From an uncultured virus (IMG/VR IMGVR_UViG_3300025286_000007) (taxonomy: Duplodnaviria; Heunggongvirae; Uroviricota; Caudoviricetes), in the IMG/VR virus record IMGVR_UViG_3300025286_000007: 64,000 nt of DNA. One strand, given 5' to 3'. A program made the translations under genes and the position numbers. The notes under the pieces were generated by a model. It saw nothing but the letters and a program-made list of their open reading frames with translations, made no database searches and had not been told where the DNA came from. This document shows, piece after piece, positions 11,001-20,482 of the stretch. Each line of letters opens with the position of its first letter. Positions within the stretch are counted from its first letter, which is position 1.

Positions 11001-12407
11001 TCTGAACTGGATGAAATAGCTATTCAAGCATTCCACGGTAAAGGACAGAATATTACTGCTGATGTTATTGCAGCTAATGCTATAACTGCTGAGGCTATTA
11101 AAACCGGTTCATTAAACTCACATACAATAACTTTAACAGGTAGTGATGGTCTGATTAAAACTAGTCCTACAGTTAATGACGGTAGTGGTACAGACCAAAA
11201 CGGTCTTATAATCAGTAGTGCAGGAGGTATTGTGGGGTATGCAGCAGATGGTACTGTGAAATTAAATATTGCCGCTGGCACTGGATTAATAACTGCCACA
11301 GATGTAACTCTTACTGGAGCTATTACTGCTACCAGTGGAAGTTTTCTTAATTCTACTGGGAGTACCGGTAATAATAAATCTGTAACGATTGACTCTGGAT
11401 TTATCATACTCAATAACGATACTAATACCGTAGGGTCGGGTATTCGATTTGACGGACAGGATACCGGCGATACCACTGTACTACAACGTGGTTATATATA
11501 CTATGATTCTTCACAAGACAGGCTTGAGATTCAAACTACAAATGATACTTACCTCTTGTTCAATGGTATATTGCCGGTACAGTCAGCAACACCCCTAGTG
11601 TTAAGCGTTGACTCTGATCAACCCACAGGCAGTTACGGTATGTTTAGATATGCAACAGATGGTGGGGGAGGTTCGTCTAGTGTATTAGCGTTTACTTCAG
11701 ACCAACAAACCTCATCTCCAGCAACAGATACGGATCGGTCAGCGTTTTGGGTAATGCAATCTGAGGCTAATAGATTAATTTTTGAACCTATTGTTGATTA
11801 TGCCGGTTCCAATAATAATGCTTGGATTGGATATCATAATCCATTAGTTGGAATCAATTCATGGTGGCATAGTGGTGGTGCTGGAACCGAAGCCCTTCCC
11901 ACATTTACTTTTTATACAGACCTAGATACTGGTATGTATACCAGTGCCTCAAACGTACTTAGTTTTTCTACTGGAGCCGAAGAGAGGGTAAGAATTGCCT
12001 CTTCTGGTTTATATCCTGCTGACGATGATACATATGATTTAGGAGTTAGTGGTACTCGTAGGTGGGACGACATTTATGCAACGAATACGACAGTTAGTAC
12101 TTCAGATAGACGAGAAAAAACAAATATTACTCCTACGCTCTTAGGATTAGATTTTATTAATGCTTTAAACCCTGTTTCATATAAATGGAAAAAGAAGCCA
12201 GAACGACCTACGTATTATGGGTTAATCGCTCAAGAAGTTATTGAAACTTTAAAAGAACATGGTATAGAGTCTAGAGATGGGTTTGGGGGAATTACAGGAA
12301 CTGAAGATTCTAGCTATGGAGCAAGATACGAAGAATTTATAGCTATTTTAATAAAAGCTGTACAGGAGTTATCAGAAAAAATTAAAAAATTAGAGGAGGA
12401 AAGATAA
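8010..12407 (+). CDS. Tail hub/central fibre with C-terminal intramolecular chaperone (peptidase S74-like)
   Basis: 1465 aa; C-terminal SDRREKTNI..LGLDFINALNPVSYKW..YGLIAQEV..LIKAVQEL chaperone signature. Confidence 0.8.
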   Translation: MAVSIVEYWDGDSWEQANTNASVSATIRVDIVDKLGNPRVANITLMNPSAEPFGSGSDRYGPLTGVFSDFTPVRIIESNSKVVLFAGKVYSSNQEYDKAFGQVIKVYARDNLAELADIPTDDKTKFISSDSTVNTRSEMIQKIIRDSASDPHSSSLMISTANILTNDTQKFETSGKTLSTGTKFDVSSMGKQGLKVIAEIANNDAHETSSPVKDFGYDYYVDTQFEYPGGSDNPAADFNYFKRGTRTTFESTASNFKGLTIEYPVVAFTKTGIKVPMLPDYDFNKPSSDMYTGAIVVLRSDIKDADGATFDHNTALEFEVLEGTPSAAFIHADPTISTSAWEGKKFARVGDVSTPALKFADYLWKLGVNTDTTANLNGAINDSVTTLTIEETGTAGDAAFKTGQIIMITTGGNSENMYVTAVNSNTEIEVIRGWGSTHSDYSVAVAHDDDDTIYRHPIVGRLQYQSTNSGAGYILISFERDTVSDVSINTQKKEFESIATGSSEITLTNGNQHFDFTPSTGRPKVNYGINRPLRITGNDIKNVDAARERIASSLSRVKLTRTECVVSTLPPPFTYLATGVASITSGTVVVLDDNAYLYGARIGMTIAKVNSAGVVTAYGYITTISGATVTTARGLNTGSWSGYDGDIRVYIPVRAGHYIRVNNILVNFEGYMFVQEITYTEQAGAQLTMYKGTGVNTAGTNSIGIGTTYSIVTAIEGEAQKYPRITNVPMGGLGWTFRPTSTTDTASFSPTDRITIAWTGGEFIIGGMKRYKIVAGNSGGLVTTEDSNTTFPYLHKIVFDPDQTPDSNGAFTFEVFTEQAGVTSGVTTFYPDMDYIILGHCRAAKTSTGLATLIFDGTGTGMFGGKSGTGEDAFSAALFKKSLQPYTTNMNLFVGNSSAANKQRYIHATAGVAGTSTSGTISFADNTTIALEYNNSLDLGTVDNTVYYIYYKLVNSGNTETSDFTDVDAAEIERTTTYSDATSDSRGLLAICSTGDVSELDEIAIQAFHGKGQNITADVIAANAITAEAIKTGSLNSHTITLTGSDGLIKTSPTVNDGSGTDQNGLIISSAGGIVGYAADGTVKLNIAAGTGLITATDVTLTGAITATSGSFLNSTGSTGNNKSVTIDSGFIILNNDTNTVGSGIRFDGQDTGDTTVLQRGYIYYDSSQDRLEIQTTNDTYLLFNGILPVQSATPLVLSVDSDQPTGSYGMFRYATDGGGGSSSVLAFTSDQQTSSPATDTDRSAFWVMQSEANRLIFEPIVDYAGSNNNAWIGYHNPLVGINSWWHSGGAGTEALPTFTFYTDLDTGMYTSASNVLSFSTGAEERVRIASSGLYPADDDTYDLGVSGTRRWDDIYATNTTVSTSDRREKTNITPTLLGLDFINALNPVSYKWKKKPERPTYYGLIAQEVIETLKEHGIESRDGFGGITGTEDSSYGARYEEFIAILIKAVQELSEKIKKLEEER

Positions 12408-12598
12408 TGCCAGATGTAACAATAAGTTTTACAGACGCACAATGGACTAGGATTGTAGCTGCTTCAGCATCTATTAAAGGCCCACATGGGTCTGGAGATG
12501 TGGATGCTGCTTATCTACAGGAAAAATTGAAAGAACTTGTATCTAGTTGGGTACAAGGACATGAAAAAGCGGCTGCTAGTACGGATGCGTGGGAATAA
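12407..12598 (+). CDS. Small tail-associated hypothetical protein
   Basis: GAGGAGG RBS, TAATG coupling. Confidence 0.65.
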   Translation: MPDVTISFTDAQWTRIVAASASIKGPHGSGDVDAAYLQEKLKELVSSWVQGHEKAAASTDAWE

Positions 12599-12611
12599 TA
12601 ATTGAATAGCT

Positions 12612-12989
12612 ATGAGGGCAAAAAAGAAGGTTGTTCGTTTACGAAATCAACATCCATTGATGTCGAATGCGGAAATTGGAAGAAAAATAGGGGTTTCTAG
12701 AGCATATGTCTTTAATGTATTAAAGAAAAATGATCTAGTAACCAATGTTCCCCATAAATTAGATATATTATACTGTGTTATATGTGGTAATGTCATGAAA
12801 GGTAAGAGATTTAGTCTTACTTGTTCTCCACGTTGCCGCTTTTTGTACAATCGAATTAAAGTTAAATGTTCTTATTGTACTGTTGAATTTTATTTAAGGC
12901 GCAGTGAAATCTCTCAGAGATATAAACGCGGATATAAAAATATTTATTGCTCTCGTTTATGTTATAATAGAGGTCGACGTGATGTTTAA
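12612..12989 (+). CDS. HTH plus Cys-rich zinc-finger DNA-binding protein
   Basis: SNAEIGRKIGVSRAYV HTH; two CxxC...CSxxC pairs. Confidence 0.7.
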   Translation: MRAKKKVVRLRNQHPLMSNAEIGRKIGVSRAYVFNVLKKNDLVTNVPHKLDILYCVICGNVMKGKRFSLTCSPRCRFLYNRIKVKCSYCTVEFYLRRSEISQRYKRGYKNIYCSRLCYNRGRRDV

Positions 12990-13033
12990 GGGATAAAAAG
13001 AGGTATTTATAGGAAATTTTAGCCCTTTTTTGA

Positions 13034-13094
13034 AGCTAGAACGCTCTAGGAAGCCCATAGAGCAACGTTTGGGGGTCTCCGTGACCTAAACCAT
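13034..13094 (+). repeat. Bipartite intergenic element, copy A
   Basis: AGCTAGAACGCTCTAGGAAGCCCATAGAG-N19-TGACCTAAACCAT; inverted copy at 47597-47657. Confidence 0.75.
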
Positions 13095-13141
13095 GGGTTA
13101 GGGTCTTAGAGGGGTCTCTATGAACATCGATTTTTTCAAAT

Positions 13142-13170
13142 TTGACACCAAGTCTCTTATGTGCTACACT
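13142..13170 (+). promoter_or_regulatory. Sigma70-type promoter for the sigma/replication operon
   Basis: TTGACA-N17-TACACT with extended -10 TG. Confidence 0.7.
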
Positions 13171-13207
13171 TTGATCATCGTCGTAGTTCGGAAATAATGA
13201 AAAAGAG

Positions 13208-13405
13208 GTGAAGTACATGAAACGACTCTTTGCTATATCTGCTGTAATTACGACAGCGCATTTTTCAGAAGATGTAGCTTTAGTAATTCTTGGCAGATAT
13301 ACGGAGATCAATATATTTTTTATTATTTCAGGAGTGTTAATATCAGGTTTACTTTTAGGCGCACTTAGTAGACATCCAAAAGTAAAAAAATTTTTAGGAG
13401 AGTAG
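13208..13405 (+). CDS. Small membrane protein
   Basis: GAGGTG RBS; hydrophobic segments. Confidence 0.55.
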   Translation: MKYMKRLFAISAVITTAHFSEDVALVILGRYTEINIFFIISGVLISGLLLGALSRHPKVKKFLGE

Positions 13406-13930
13406 ATGGAAATTAATAATGATTTAATTAAACAGTGGGAGCCTAAAATTCAAAAACTTTTAGCTAATACTTTTGTCATTGGAATGGGTAGGGATGATCT
13501 TGCACAAGAACTCCGTATAGCCATTATTAAAGCAGCTAAAGGATTTGATGAAGATAGAGGTGTTATTTTTCATACTTATTTACATACAGCTATGGTTAAT
13601 ACATTACGCACCTTAATTTCTAGAGGTCAGAGACAACCAATAGGTTTAAGTTTAGAAACAGTTGTTTCTAGTCCCTTCACTGAAGAAGAAATTATACCAT
13701 TGGCTATACTTAAAGCATTAGAAGACCCGGTAAATATTTTTGAAGAACTTGAGTTTAACGATTTATTAGATGGTTTTGATCTAACTTTTGTAGAACGTTC
13801 TTTTATAGTATTACGTCTTGAAGGATTAACTATGGATGAGATTTCAGAAGATTTACAAACATCTGCATATAAATTGCGATCCACTCTTAGAGAGAAACTA
13901 GGAGGATTGTTTGAGCAAAAAATTTTTTAG
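13406..13930 (+). CDS. Phage RNA polymerase sigma factor (sigma70/ECF-like, regions 2 and 4)
   Basis: DDLAQELRIAIIKAAKGFDEDRG..FHTYL (region 2); C-terminal HTH (GLTMDEISEDL). Confidence 0.85.
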   Translation: MEINNDLIKQWEPKIQKLLANTFVIGMGRDDLAQELRIAIIKAAKGFDEDRGVIFHTYLHTAMVNTLRTLISRGQRQPIGLSLETVVSSPFTEEEIIPLAILKALEDPVNIFEELEFNDLLDGFDLTFVERSFIVLRLEGLTMDEISEDLQTSAYKLRSTLREKLGGLFEQKIF

Positions 13931-14174
13931 GGGTAGACGTATAAGAAGAAAAGGAGAACTTTTAAAACAACCTAACTCGAATTTGACAAAAAACGAAGGG
14001 GGATATACACTTATACATATAAAAGATGGTACGTTAACCCTAACGAATTTGGGAGTGTATGCGTCTTTTCAAGAAGCACAGGAAGTCTTACAGCAAAGCG
14101 TAGTAGAAGCAGGAGTGTTACATATATTTACAGAAAATAGTAGAGTTTTATATTCGGAGAAAAGGGAGGTATAG
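13911..14174 (+). CDS. Hypothetical protein
   Basis: AGGAGG RBS before a TTG start; fills the gap to the helicase. Confidence 0.55.
   Translation: MSKKFFRGRRIRRKGELLKQPNSNLTKNEGGYTLIHIKDGTLTLTNLGVYASFQEAQEVLQQSVVEAGVLHIFTENSRVLYSEKREV
13983..14011 (+). promoter_or_regulatory. Internal sigma70-type promoter upstream of the helicase
   Basis: TTGACA-N17-TACACT. Confidence 0.5.
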
Positions 14175-15425
14175 ATGCAAAGTAGCGATTTTATTGAATC
14201 AGGAATTGTTTTTAACTTAAATACACGAGCATGTCTAGGAAAGTTTAAGTATTCTAGGTCAGATTTTCAAAAACATGGGGATGCTTATAAGTTCGTAGTT
14301 GATTATTTTGATGTGTATGGAGAGTTTCCATCTGTAGAAACCTTATGTGAGAACTATCCTACACTTGATCCATCCGCACAAAGTCTTAATTTAGATTACG
14401 CTATAGACGCATTTCAAAATCAGGTCTTGTTTAGGCAGATAGTTGGAGCGTTTCAGTCAAATAAGGAACTAGTTAGTACAGAACCTAAACAAGCACTGTC
14501 TAAAATAATGACGGCCTTGGGAGATATTGAATTAGTCTATGATGAGGATGTAGTTGAATATAGTACAAAGGCTGATAAACGCTTAGATTTATGGAAAGAT
14601 CGTAAAAAGAGACGTAAACTTGGCGGTGGTTTACTTGGAATACCTACATCATTCGCATCCCTTAATTCTACAGGTGTTGGATGGATGCCAGGAGAACTTA
14701 TTTCTCTATATGCAAGACCTACAGTAGGTAAAACATGGTTATGTGTACATGCAGCAGCCACTGCAGTACTGAATGGCTTCAGAACTCTTTTGATTTCTAC
14801 AGAAATGCCTGTAGAATCTATTAGTTTAAGAACAGATGTAGTCTTAGCTAATATGATGGGCTACAATTTATCACACAGAGCCTTGAGAAACGGGGATGAA
14901 ATGGATGAAGAAGAGTATAAAATCTTTCTTGAAGCTGTGGAAGAACAACAATTACTAGTTTGTGACCACATAGAGGGGGCTTCTAGCATAACAATTGATA
15001 GTATTGCTAGTCTTATTAGAAAACATTCACCTGATTTTGTGGTTTTAGACGGTATTTATCTTATAAGTACTGGAATTAATATGAAAAAAGCTATGTGGGA
15101 ACAGTCTCATGCAGTATTCTACGGTATGAAGAACCTATGTTTGTCCACAAATACACCTATTTTCGTGTCTACCCAGGCTACGAGAGACGCTGCCGCTAAT
15201 ATGTATGCTCCTCCTAGACCTGATCAGGTGGCCTTTGGCGATGCTTTGATTAGAGCATCTGATGTAGCGATGGCAATGGCGATGGTAGAAGGAGACGATC
15301 AAAAAAGATTAGTTCAATATCAGAAATATAGAGATGGTCAGTTACATTTAGATGCTACTATGTTAACATGGGATGTAAATAAGGGAAATATTAAAGAAAT
15401 CCCTTATGAAGATCAAAAATTTTAG
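14175..15425 (+). CDS. dnaB: Replicative DnaB-like (SF4) helicase
   Basis: Walker A ARPTVGKT, ISTEM, VVLDGIYL, STQATR, QKYRDG. Confidence 0.9.
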   Translation: MQSSDFIESGIVFNLNTRACLGKFKYSRSDFQKHGDAYKFVVDYFDVYGEFPSVETLCENYPTLDPSAQSLNLDYAIDAFQNQVLFRQIVGAFQSNKELVSTEPKQALSKIMTALGDIELVYDEDVVEYSTKADKRLDLWKDRKKRRKLGGGLLGIPTSFASLNSTGVGWMPGELISLYARPTVGKTWLCVHAAATAVLNGFRTLLISTEMPVESISLRTDVVLANMMGYNLSHRALRNGDEMDEEEYKIFLEAVEEQQLLVCDHIEGASSITIDSIASLIRKHSPDFVVLDGIYLISTGINMKKAMWEQSHAVFYGMKNLCLSTNTPIFVSTQATRDAAANMYAPPRPDQVAFGDALIRASDVAMAMAMVEGDDQKRLVQYQKYRDGQLHLDATMLTWDVNKGNIKEIPYEDQKF

Positions 15426-15440
15426 AGGAGGTGAGCGAGT

Positions 15441-15635
15441 ATGTTTAATTGGTTGTTTAGTAACAATGTAGATAAGTCAAATAGGACAGTTGTAAAAACT
15501 CTTAAGAGTAAAGGTTCCACTAAAACGGCTGTTCCAATTACTATTGGAGACATAAAGAGCGGCATTGCGATAGATGCATACGGTTATAAGAATGAAGTTG
15601 TTCTATTTCTTCGTAAAAATAAAAAGGATAGGTAA
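15441..15635 (+). CDS. Hypothetical protein
   Basis: GAGGAGGTG RBS. Confidence 0.6.
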   Translation: MFNWLFSNNVDKSNRTVVKTLKSKGSTKTAVPITIGDIKSGIAIDAYGYKNEVVLFLRKNKKDR

Positions 15636-15637
15636 GA

Positions 15638-16498
15638 ATGGATTGGACACAACTGTTACTTGAGGCAGGGTTTGATATACCATTAGAAAATCCTCAATTT
15701 ATCTTAAAATGTCCTTTTCACGACGATGTTCATGCCTCATGTTCCATAAATGTCGATAAAGGCATGTGGATTTGTTTTAGAGGGTGTGGACAAGGGAGTT
15801 TAAGGTCATTTATACAAAAGTTTTTCGGGTTTGATAACTCTGCTTTAAGTAAATATTTAAATGAACGTGAGTTTTTCTTTGATATAAACATGTTTGATAA
15901 AGAATTACCGTTGGAAACAGGGACTCTACCTGAAGTTGAGTTCCCTTTTACAAATGGGTATGTTCCAGAGTGGGTTTTTGACAGAGGTTTTACTAAAAGA
16001 GCCTTAAAACGGTGGGATTGTGGTATGGATAGTAATAATAACCTAATCATCCCTATTAAAGACAGAGAATCTAGGTTAGTGGGGTGGGTTACTCGTCAAT
16101 ATGATAGAGAACCCAAGTATTTATATTCAAAAGGATTAAAAAAGTCTAAGGTCTTGTTCGGAGAATTCAATATTGAGCCTTGTTCCTTTGTATGTGTAAC
16201 TGAAGGAACATTAGACGCTATTTGGTTGGCTCAACATGGCTATAATGCCGTAGCAATTCTAGGAGCTAATATGTCTACTAGTCAACAAGAGGCGGTTTTA
16301 AAGTTACCAACAGATGAATTGGTATTGTGTTTAGATAATGATGATGCAGGGAAGATAGGAACGGATAGAATCATGAGTTGCATTGCTAAACGATTTGTGG
16401 TAAGCTATATACAACTACCAAATGGGTACAAAGATGTACAAGACATTCGAGACAAAACATTATTAAATGAAATAATTAAAGAAAGAACTTTTTGGTAA
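15638..16498 (+). CDS. dnaG: DNA primase (CHC2 zinc finger + TOPRIM)
   Basis: CPFH..C..C zinc finger; PKYL; TEGTLDA; LDNDDAG; KDVQD. Confidence 0.9.
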   Translation: MDWTQLLLEAGFDIPLENPQFILKCPFHDDVHASCSINVDKGMWICFRGCGQGSLRSFIQKFFGFDNSALSKYLNEREFFFDINMFDKELPLETGTLPEVEFPFTNGYVPEWVFDRGFTKRALKRWDCGMDSNNNLIIPIKDRESRLVGWVTRQYDREPKYLYSKGLKKSKVLFGEFNIEPCSFVCVTEGTLDAIWLAQHGYNAVAILGANMSTSQQEAVLKLPTDELVLCLDNDDAGKIGTDRIMSCIAKRFVVSYIQLPNGYKDVQDIRDKTLLNEIIKERTFW

Positions 16499-16514
16499 GA
16501 AAAGGAGGAAAAAA

Positions 16515-17210
16515 ATGAGTGGTATAAACAGAATAGCGACGAAGAGAGAGCAAAGTAGGAATCCAGTGTCAGATAGACCAACCAATAAAGAGGTGTGGTT
16601 TAAGGATGGAGATCAGGCTTTTATATCTCCTGTGGCAACAGGTGATGAGAATGATAATAAGCTTGATGAAATTTACATGTACACATTTAAGAATTCTGAA
16701 TCTAGATGGACTAATAGGCTTATTGATGATTCCATAGATAATAGCGATGTTCCTTCAAATATGCGTCCTTCGCATAAGTTTGCTTTTTGGGCGTATGTTC
16801 ACGAGATAGTTCATCCAGAGAAAAGGAATGACGCATGGGAAGAGATAGCCGGTCCCGGTGGGCGTAAGGTATTTAAAGAGAATGTAGAAGATTTTCGTAT
16901 CATAGCATTAACTTTTGGTAGAAGTGATTATATATGGAACCAGTTAGTTGATATCTATAATGATTGGGGTAGTTTGAATAAAGGAGTAATGAGAATTAAA
17001 CGTACTGGAACAGGTATGTATGATACTTCCTATACTCTAGCAGCAACTGCTAGAAATGCGATGATACCAGATGAACGAGCAAATGAAATTAATGAGCTTC
17101 CACCTGTACGAGCATATTTTCTTGAAAGGTACGGAAATGCTCCATCTGTTAATGGAATTGGAGCAGTGTCTTTAGACAATGAAGAGAAGTCTAATGATAG
17201 ATTATTTTAG
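16515..17210 (+). CDS. Single-stranded DNA-binding protein (gp32-like)
   Basis: IKRTGTGMYDTSY motif; position between primase and polymerase. Confidence 0.65.
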   Translation: MSGINRIATKREQSRNPVSDRPTNKEVWFKDGDQAFISPVATGDENDNKLDEIYMYTFKNSESRWTNRLIDDSIDNSDVPSNMRPSHKFAFWAYVHEIVHPEKRNDAWEEIAGPGGRKVFKENVEDFRIIALTFGRSDYIWNQLVDIYNDWGSLNKGVMRIKRTGTGMYDTSYTLAATARNAMIPDERANEINELPPVRAYFLERYGNAPSVNGIGAVSLDNEEKSNDRLF

Positions 17211-17646
17211 ACTTGAAATAGATGATTACTTTTCACAGATTGCTACTCTCGTAGGTGAACGGAGTACTTGTAGGCGACGTAAAGTGGGATGTGTTTTAGT
17301 AGATTCTAAAAAACATATTGTAGCTACAGGCTATAATGGAGTTCCATCTGGATTTACGCATTGTTTAGATCAGCCCTGTGAGGGAGCTTTCGCTCTTTCT
17401 GGGGTTGACCTAGATAAGTGTCTAGCAGTACATGCTGAAGTTAATGCCTTTTTACAACTAATTTCAGAAGATAAGTTAACGGCATATTTGCCAGCAACTC
17501 CATGTTTTTCTTGCGCTAAGATGATCTGTAATAGCAATGTTGTTAGAATAGTAGCTCAGGAGTGGTATCCCCACCCTACAGTTAGAGAGATATTTGAAAA
17601 AGCTAATATAGAGTTAGTCGTAAGGAATGAGGATAATGTTAGTTAA
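17179..17646 (+). CDS. dCMP deaminase
   Basis: RSTC.RRKVG, ATGYNG, HAEVNA, PCFSC. Confidence 0.92.
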   Translation: MKRSLMIDYFRLEIDDYFSQIATLVGERSTCRRRKVGCVLVDSKKHIVATGYNGVPSGFTHCLDQPCEGAFALSGVDLDKCLAVHAEVNAFLQLISEDKLTAYLPATPCFSCAKMICNSNVVRIVAQEWYPHPTVREIFEKANIELVVRNEDNVS

Positions 17647-19603
17647 TGTAGAAAATTATGATACTATTAAAAATAAATTAAAACTTTTCAATAGTTTAGT
17701 AGTTGATGTTGAAACAAATGGTTTAAATCCATTTACTAAAAATCAAATATGTGGTATTGGATTAGGGACGCTAGAAGGAGACACATATTATTTTCCGTTT
17801 CTTCATCAACAGGGAGGAAATCTTCCACAAACTTGTAAGGTTGATTTTATAAAGTTTCTTAATACAGTTGATAGTTTAATTGGTTATAATATTAAGTTTG
17901 ATTTACACTTCTTAGCTAGGGAAGGTTTAATAATAGAAGATCAAGATTTAGTAGATGTTATTGTTATGGTGAGACTTACAGAATCATCTGAAGAAAATGA
18001 TCTTTCTTTAACAAAAACTATCATTCGTAGCTATGGTGCGGAAGCAGCACAGTATGATATAGAGACAAAGAAATATCTAAAAACAAATAAGTGGCATAAA
18101 GATTTCTCTCAAGCCCCAGTAGATGTACTAGGGCCGTATTGTGAACAAGATGTGAAATGGACAGCTACTCTATATAGAGATAGATTAGAGCAGATACGGC
18201 ATACTAAGCAGGAAAGCATATTTAAATTAGAGTGTGAGCTTACCAAAGTGCTATATGCTATGGAACATGAAGGTATTTCTATTGATACAAAATATGCTAA
18301 CGAGATTGCAAAAAAAATTCAAATAAGACAAGAACAAATTATGCAGCAGATATTTGCCGAAGTAGGTGATTTTAATATTAATAGTACTCAACAATTAAGT
18401 GAAGTTTTGAATAACAATGGGATTTTTTCGCCTAGACAGACTCCCAAAGGAGCGCAATCTTGGGATGAAGCAGCCTTAATCCAGATTAATAATCCATTAG
18501 CTGGTCTTATTAGACAATATAGAGCATTAGGAAAACTCTTTTCTACATACTTAGAACCTTATTTGGAAAGTGCTGTTCAACATACATCTTTTTGTAATTG
18601 GGGAACATTAACTGGACGATTATCGTCTCGTGAACCTAATCTGCAAAACATTCCTAGAAACCATTTTAAATTGACAACTGTTGATTTAAATGATGCGGAA
18701 AGACAGATAGTTAGAGGAAGGGTGAATGCCTTAATAGCTTCTAAAGGTGGATTAACTAACCTAGATTTAGATGATGATGTTGTAGATACGTGGAGTTTTA
18801 TTGGAGATGAGTCCTTTGATGAAGCCGATGAGGCTCAAATAGCCATAAGAAGACTTTTCATACCTAGAAAAGATTATTCTTTAGTTGCTTTTGACTATGC
18901 TCAGATGGAAGTACGAGTTTTTCTAAGCTATTTTCAGAACGAGGAGATTAAGCAATTACTGTCTAGATCAGATATAGATTTTCATGGAGAGGCTGCTAGA
19001 CTAGCCTTTAACATTAAGGAAGACGATAACGAATTTAAGTTTTATAGACAAATGGCTAAGGCTATAACTTTTGGAACTATATATGGAATTGGAAGTAACA
19101 AATTGGCTCTTCAACTAGGAACATCGGCAAAACAAGCTTTAGAGTATAAACGAAAATATTTTGAGGGGTTGAAAGGGTCTAAAAACTTCTTTGATAGTGT
19201 TGTTCAAGCAGTGATAGTTCGTGGATGGATTAAAAATCGTTATGGCAGAGTATATAAAATACCTAAAAATTTTGGGTATAAAGGAGTTAATTATTTAGTT
19301 CAGGGAACATCTGCTGATATTTTAAATGAGCGGATAATAGAAATATACAAATATTTAAAAGGAACTAGAAGTAATGTGTTGTTGCAAGTGCATGATGAAA
19401 TTATTTGTGAGATACATAAAGATGAGTTAACTATGGTTCCATATGAAATTAAAAAACTAATGGAAACTAATAGCTTAGATATTCCTTTATATGTCGATAT
19501 GGAGGTTTGTACGCCATCATGGGCTACTAAAATAGGTTTTAGTCGAAATTTGCTTTCTAAGGCAAAAGATGATATAATAGACTATATAGATTGGGAACAT
19601 TAA
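17627..19603 (+). CDS. polA: DNA polymerase family A with 3'-5' exonuclease domain
   Basis: DVET, NIKFD, YCEQD exo motifs; TGRLSSREPNLQNIP, DYAQMEVR (A), RQMAKAITFGTIYG (B), VHDE (C). Confidence 0.95.
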   Translation: MRIMLVNVENYDTIKNKLKLFNSLVVDVETNGLNPFTKNQICGIGLGTLEGDTYYFPFLHQQGGNLPQTCKVDFIKFLNTVDSLIGYNIKFDLHFLAREGLIIEDQDLVDVIVMVRLTESSEENDLSLTKTIIRSYGAEAAQYDIETKKYLKTNKWHKDFSQAPVDVLGPYCEQDVKWTATLYRDRLEQIRHTKQESIFKLECELTKVLYAMEHEGISIDTKYANEIAKKIQIRQEQIMQQIFAEVGDFNINSTQQLSEVLNNNGIFSPRQTPKGAQSWDEAALIQINNPLAGLIRQYRALGKLFSTYLEPYLESAVQHTSFCNWGTLTGRLSSREPNLQNIPRNHFKLTTVDLNDAERQIVRGRVNALIASKGGLTNLDLDDDVVDTWSFIGDESFDEADEAQIAIRRLFIPRKDYSLVAFDYAQMEVRVFLSYFQNEEIKQLLSRSDIDFHGEAARLAFNIKEDDNEFKFYRQMAKAITFGTIYGIGSNKLALQLGTSAKQALEYKRKYFEGLKGSKNFFDSVVQAVIVRGWIKNRYGRVYKIPKNFGYKGVNYLVQGTSADILNERIIEIYKYLKGTRSNVLLQVHDEIICEIHKDELTMVPYEIKKLMETNSLDIPLYVDMEVCTPSWATKIGFSRNLLSKAKDDIIDYIDWEH

Positions 19604-19617
19604 AAAAGGAGGAAGTG

Positions 19618-19791
19618 ATGAAACCACTTATTGCGATAGGAATATTAGTTGGTATTGTAACTGAAGTAGCAAAAATATATGCCTGTTGTAAACATTTTCA
19701 ACTAGAAATTATAGGGCTTAAACAAGAATCTAGTAAGTGGCAGAGTTTATACTACGATAAACTTACTACAGACGATATAGCGTGGGGATAA
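19618..19791 (+). CDS. Small hypothetical protein with a hydrophobic N-terminus
   Basis: AAGGAGG RBS before ATG 19618; TTGCTT-N17-TATAAT promoter at 19550-19578. Confidence 0.55.
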   Translation: MKPLIAIGILVGIVTEVAKIYACCKHFQLEIIGLKQESSKWQSLYYDKLTTDDIAWG

Positions 19792-19792
19792 T

Positions 19793-20017
19793 ATGCTAAT
19801 TAAATGTATATTTCCAAATGAGCTTATTCGTCAACCCATTATTCATAAGTTAGGAACCCAGTTTTCAATTATAACCAATATTCAACAAGCAAGTATAACA
19901 CCCGAAATTGGTTGGGTTGTAGTAGAAATTACAGGGGAAAATCAAGAAATATCTAGTGGAATAGAATGGCTTAAAAAGATTGGTGTAAAAGTCGAGTTAA
20001 TAGAAAAGGGGGATTAA
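19793..20017 (+). CDS. NIL-domain protein
   Basis: FPNELIRQPII..LG..F.IITNI..A.I....GWVVVE..G pattern of stand-alone NIL (ACT-like) domains. Confidence 0.8.
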   Translation: MLIKCIFPNELIRQPIIHKLGTQFSIITNIQQASITPEIGWVVVEITGENQEISSGIEWLKKIGVKVELIEKGD

Positions 20018-20019
20018 AT

Positions 20020-20238
20020 ATGGCTAAAGTCAGTGTACATTTAGGATTTACGTTTAGGGTTGGTGATTTATCTACTAATCAATATGGACGTATGGATTTA
20101 TCGGTAGATCAAATTGATACTGAGTTACCTATAAATGAGCAATTAGAAGGATCAAAACAAGCAGCGGAACAGGTATGGGAGTTTGTTAAAGGAAAACTTG
20201 ATTCCCAGATTGATGAGGTATTAGATGAGTCAGAATAA
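20020..20238 (+). CDS. Hypothetical phage protein
   Basis: RBS; operon packing. Confidence 0.7.
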   Translation: MAKVSVHLGFTFRVGDLSTNQYGRMDLSVDQIDTELPINEQLEGSKQAAEQVWEFVKGKLDSQIDEVLDESE

Positions 20239-20482
20239 CGTAGAAACTACAAGAATGAGTGTTTTAGAAGCTGTACTAGCTGAACGAGAGCGTCAAGATA
20301 GTTTATGGGGAGATCAATCAGGGCATTCTGATCCGTGGTGGCATGTTATTGCAGCCGAAGAAAATGGGGAAGTAGCTAGGGCAGTGTATGAACAGAATGT
20401 TCCTCAAACTTATTTAGAAATTATTCAGGCTTGTGCAGTATATTTTGCGTGGGCTGAGGCGATTTTAAGGAGGGTTAAATGA
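20225..20482 (+). CDS. MazG-like/NTP pyrophosphatase-fold protein
   Basis: ERERQD..WG.Q and EENGEVA..E..Q acidic helical motif. Confidence 0.6.
   Translation: MSQNNVETTRMSVLEAVLAERERQDSLWGDQSGHSDPWWHVIAAEENGEVARAVYEQNVPQTYLEIIQACAVYFAWAEAILRRVK

Noticed and set aside
8010..12407. Diversity-generating retroelement target in the tail fibre
   Set aside because: No reverse transcriptase and no template/variable repeat pair noticed
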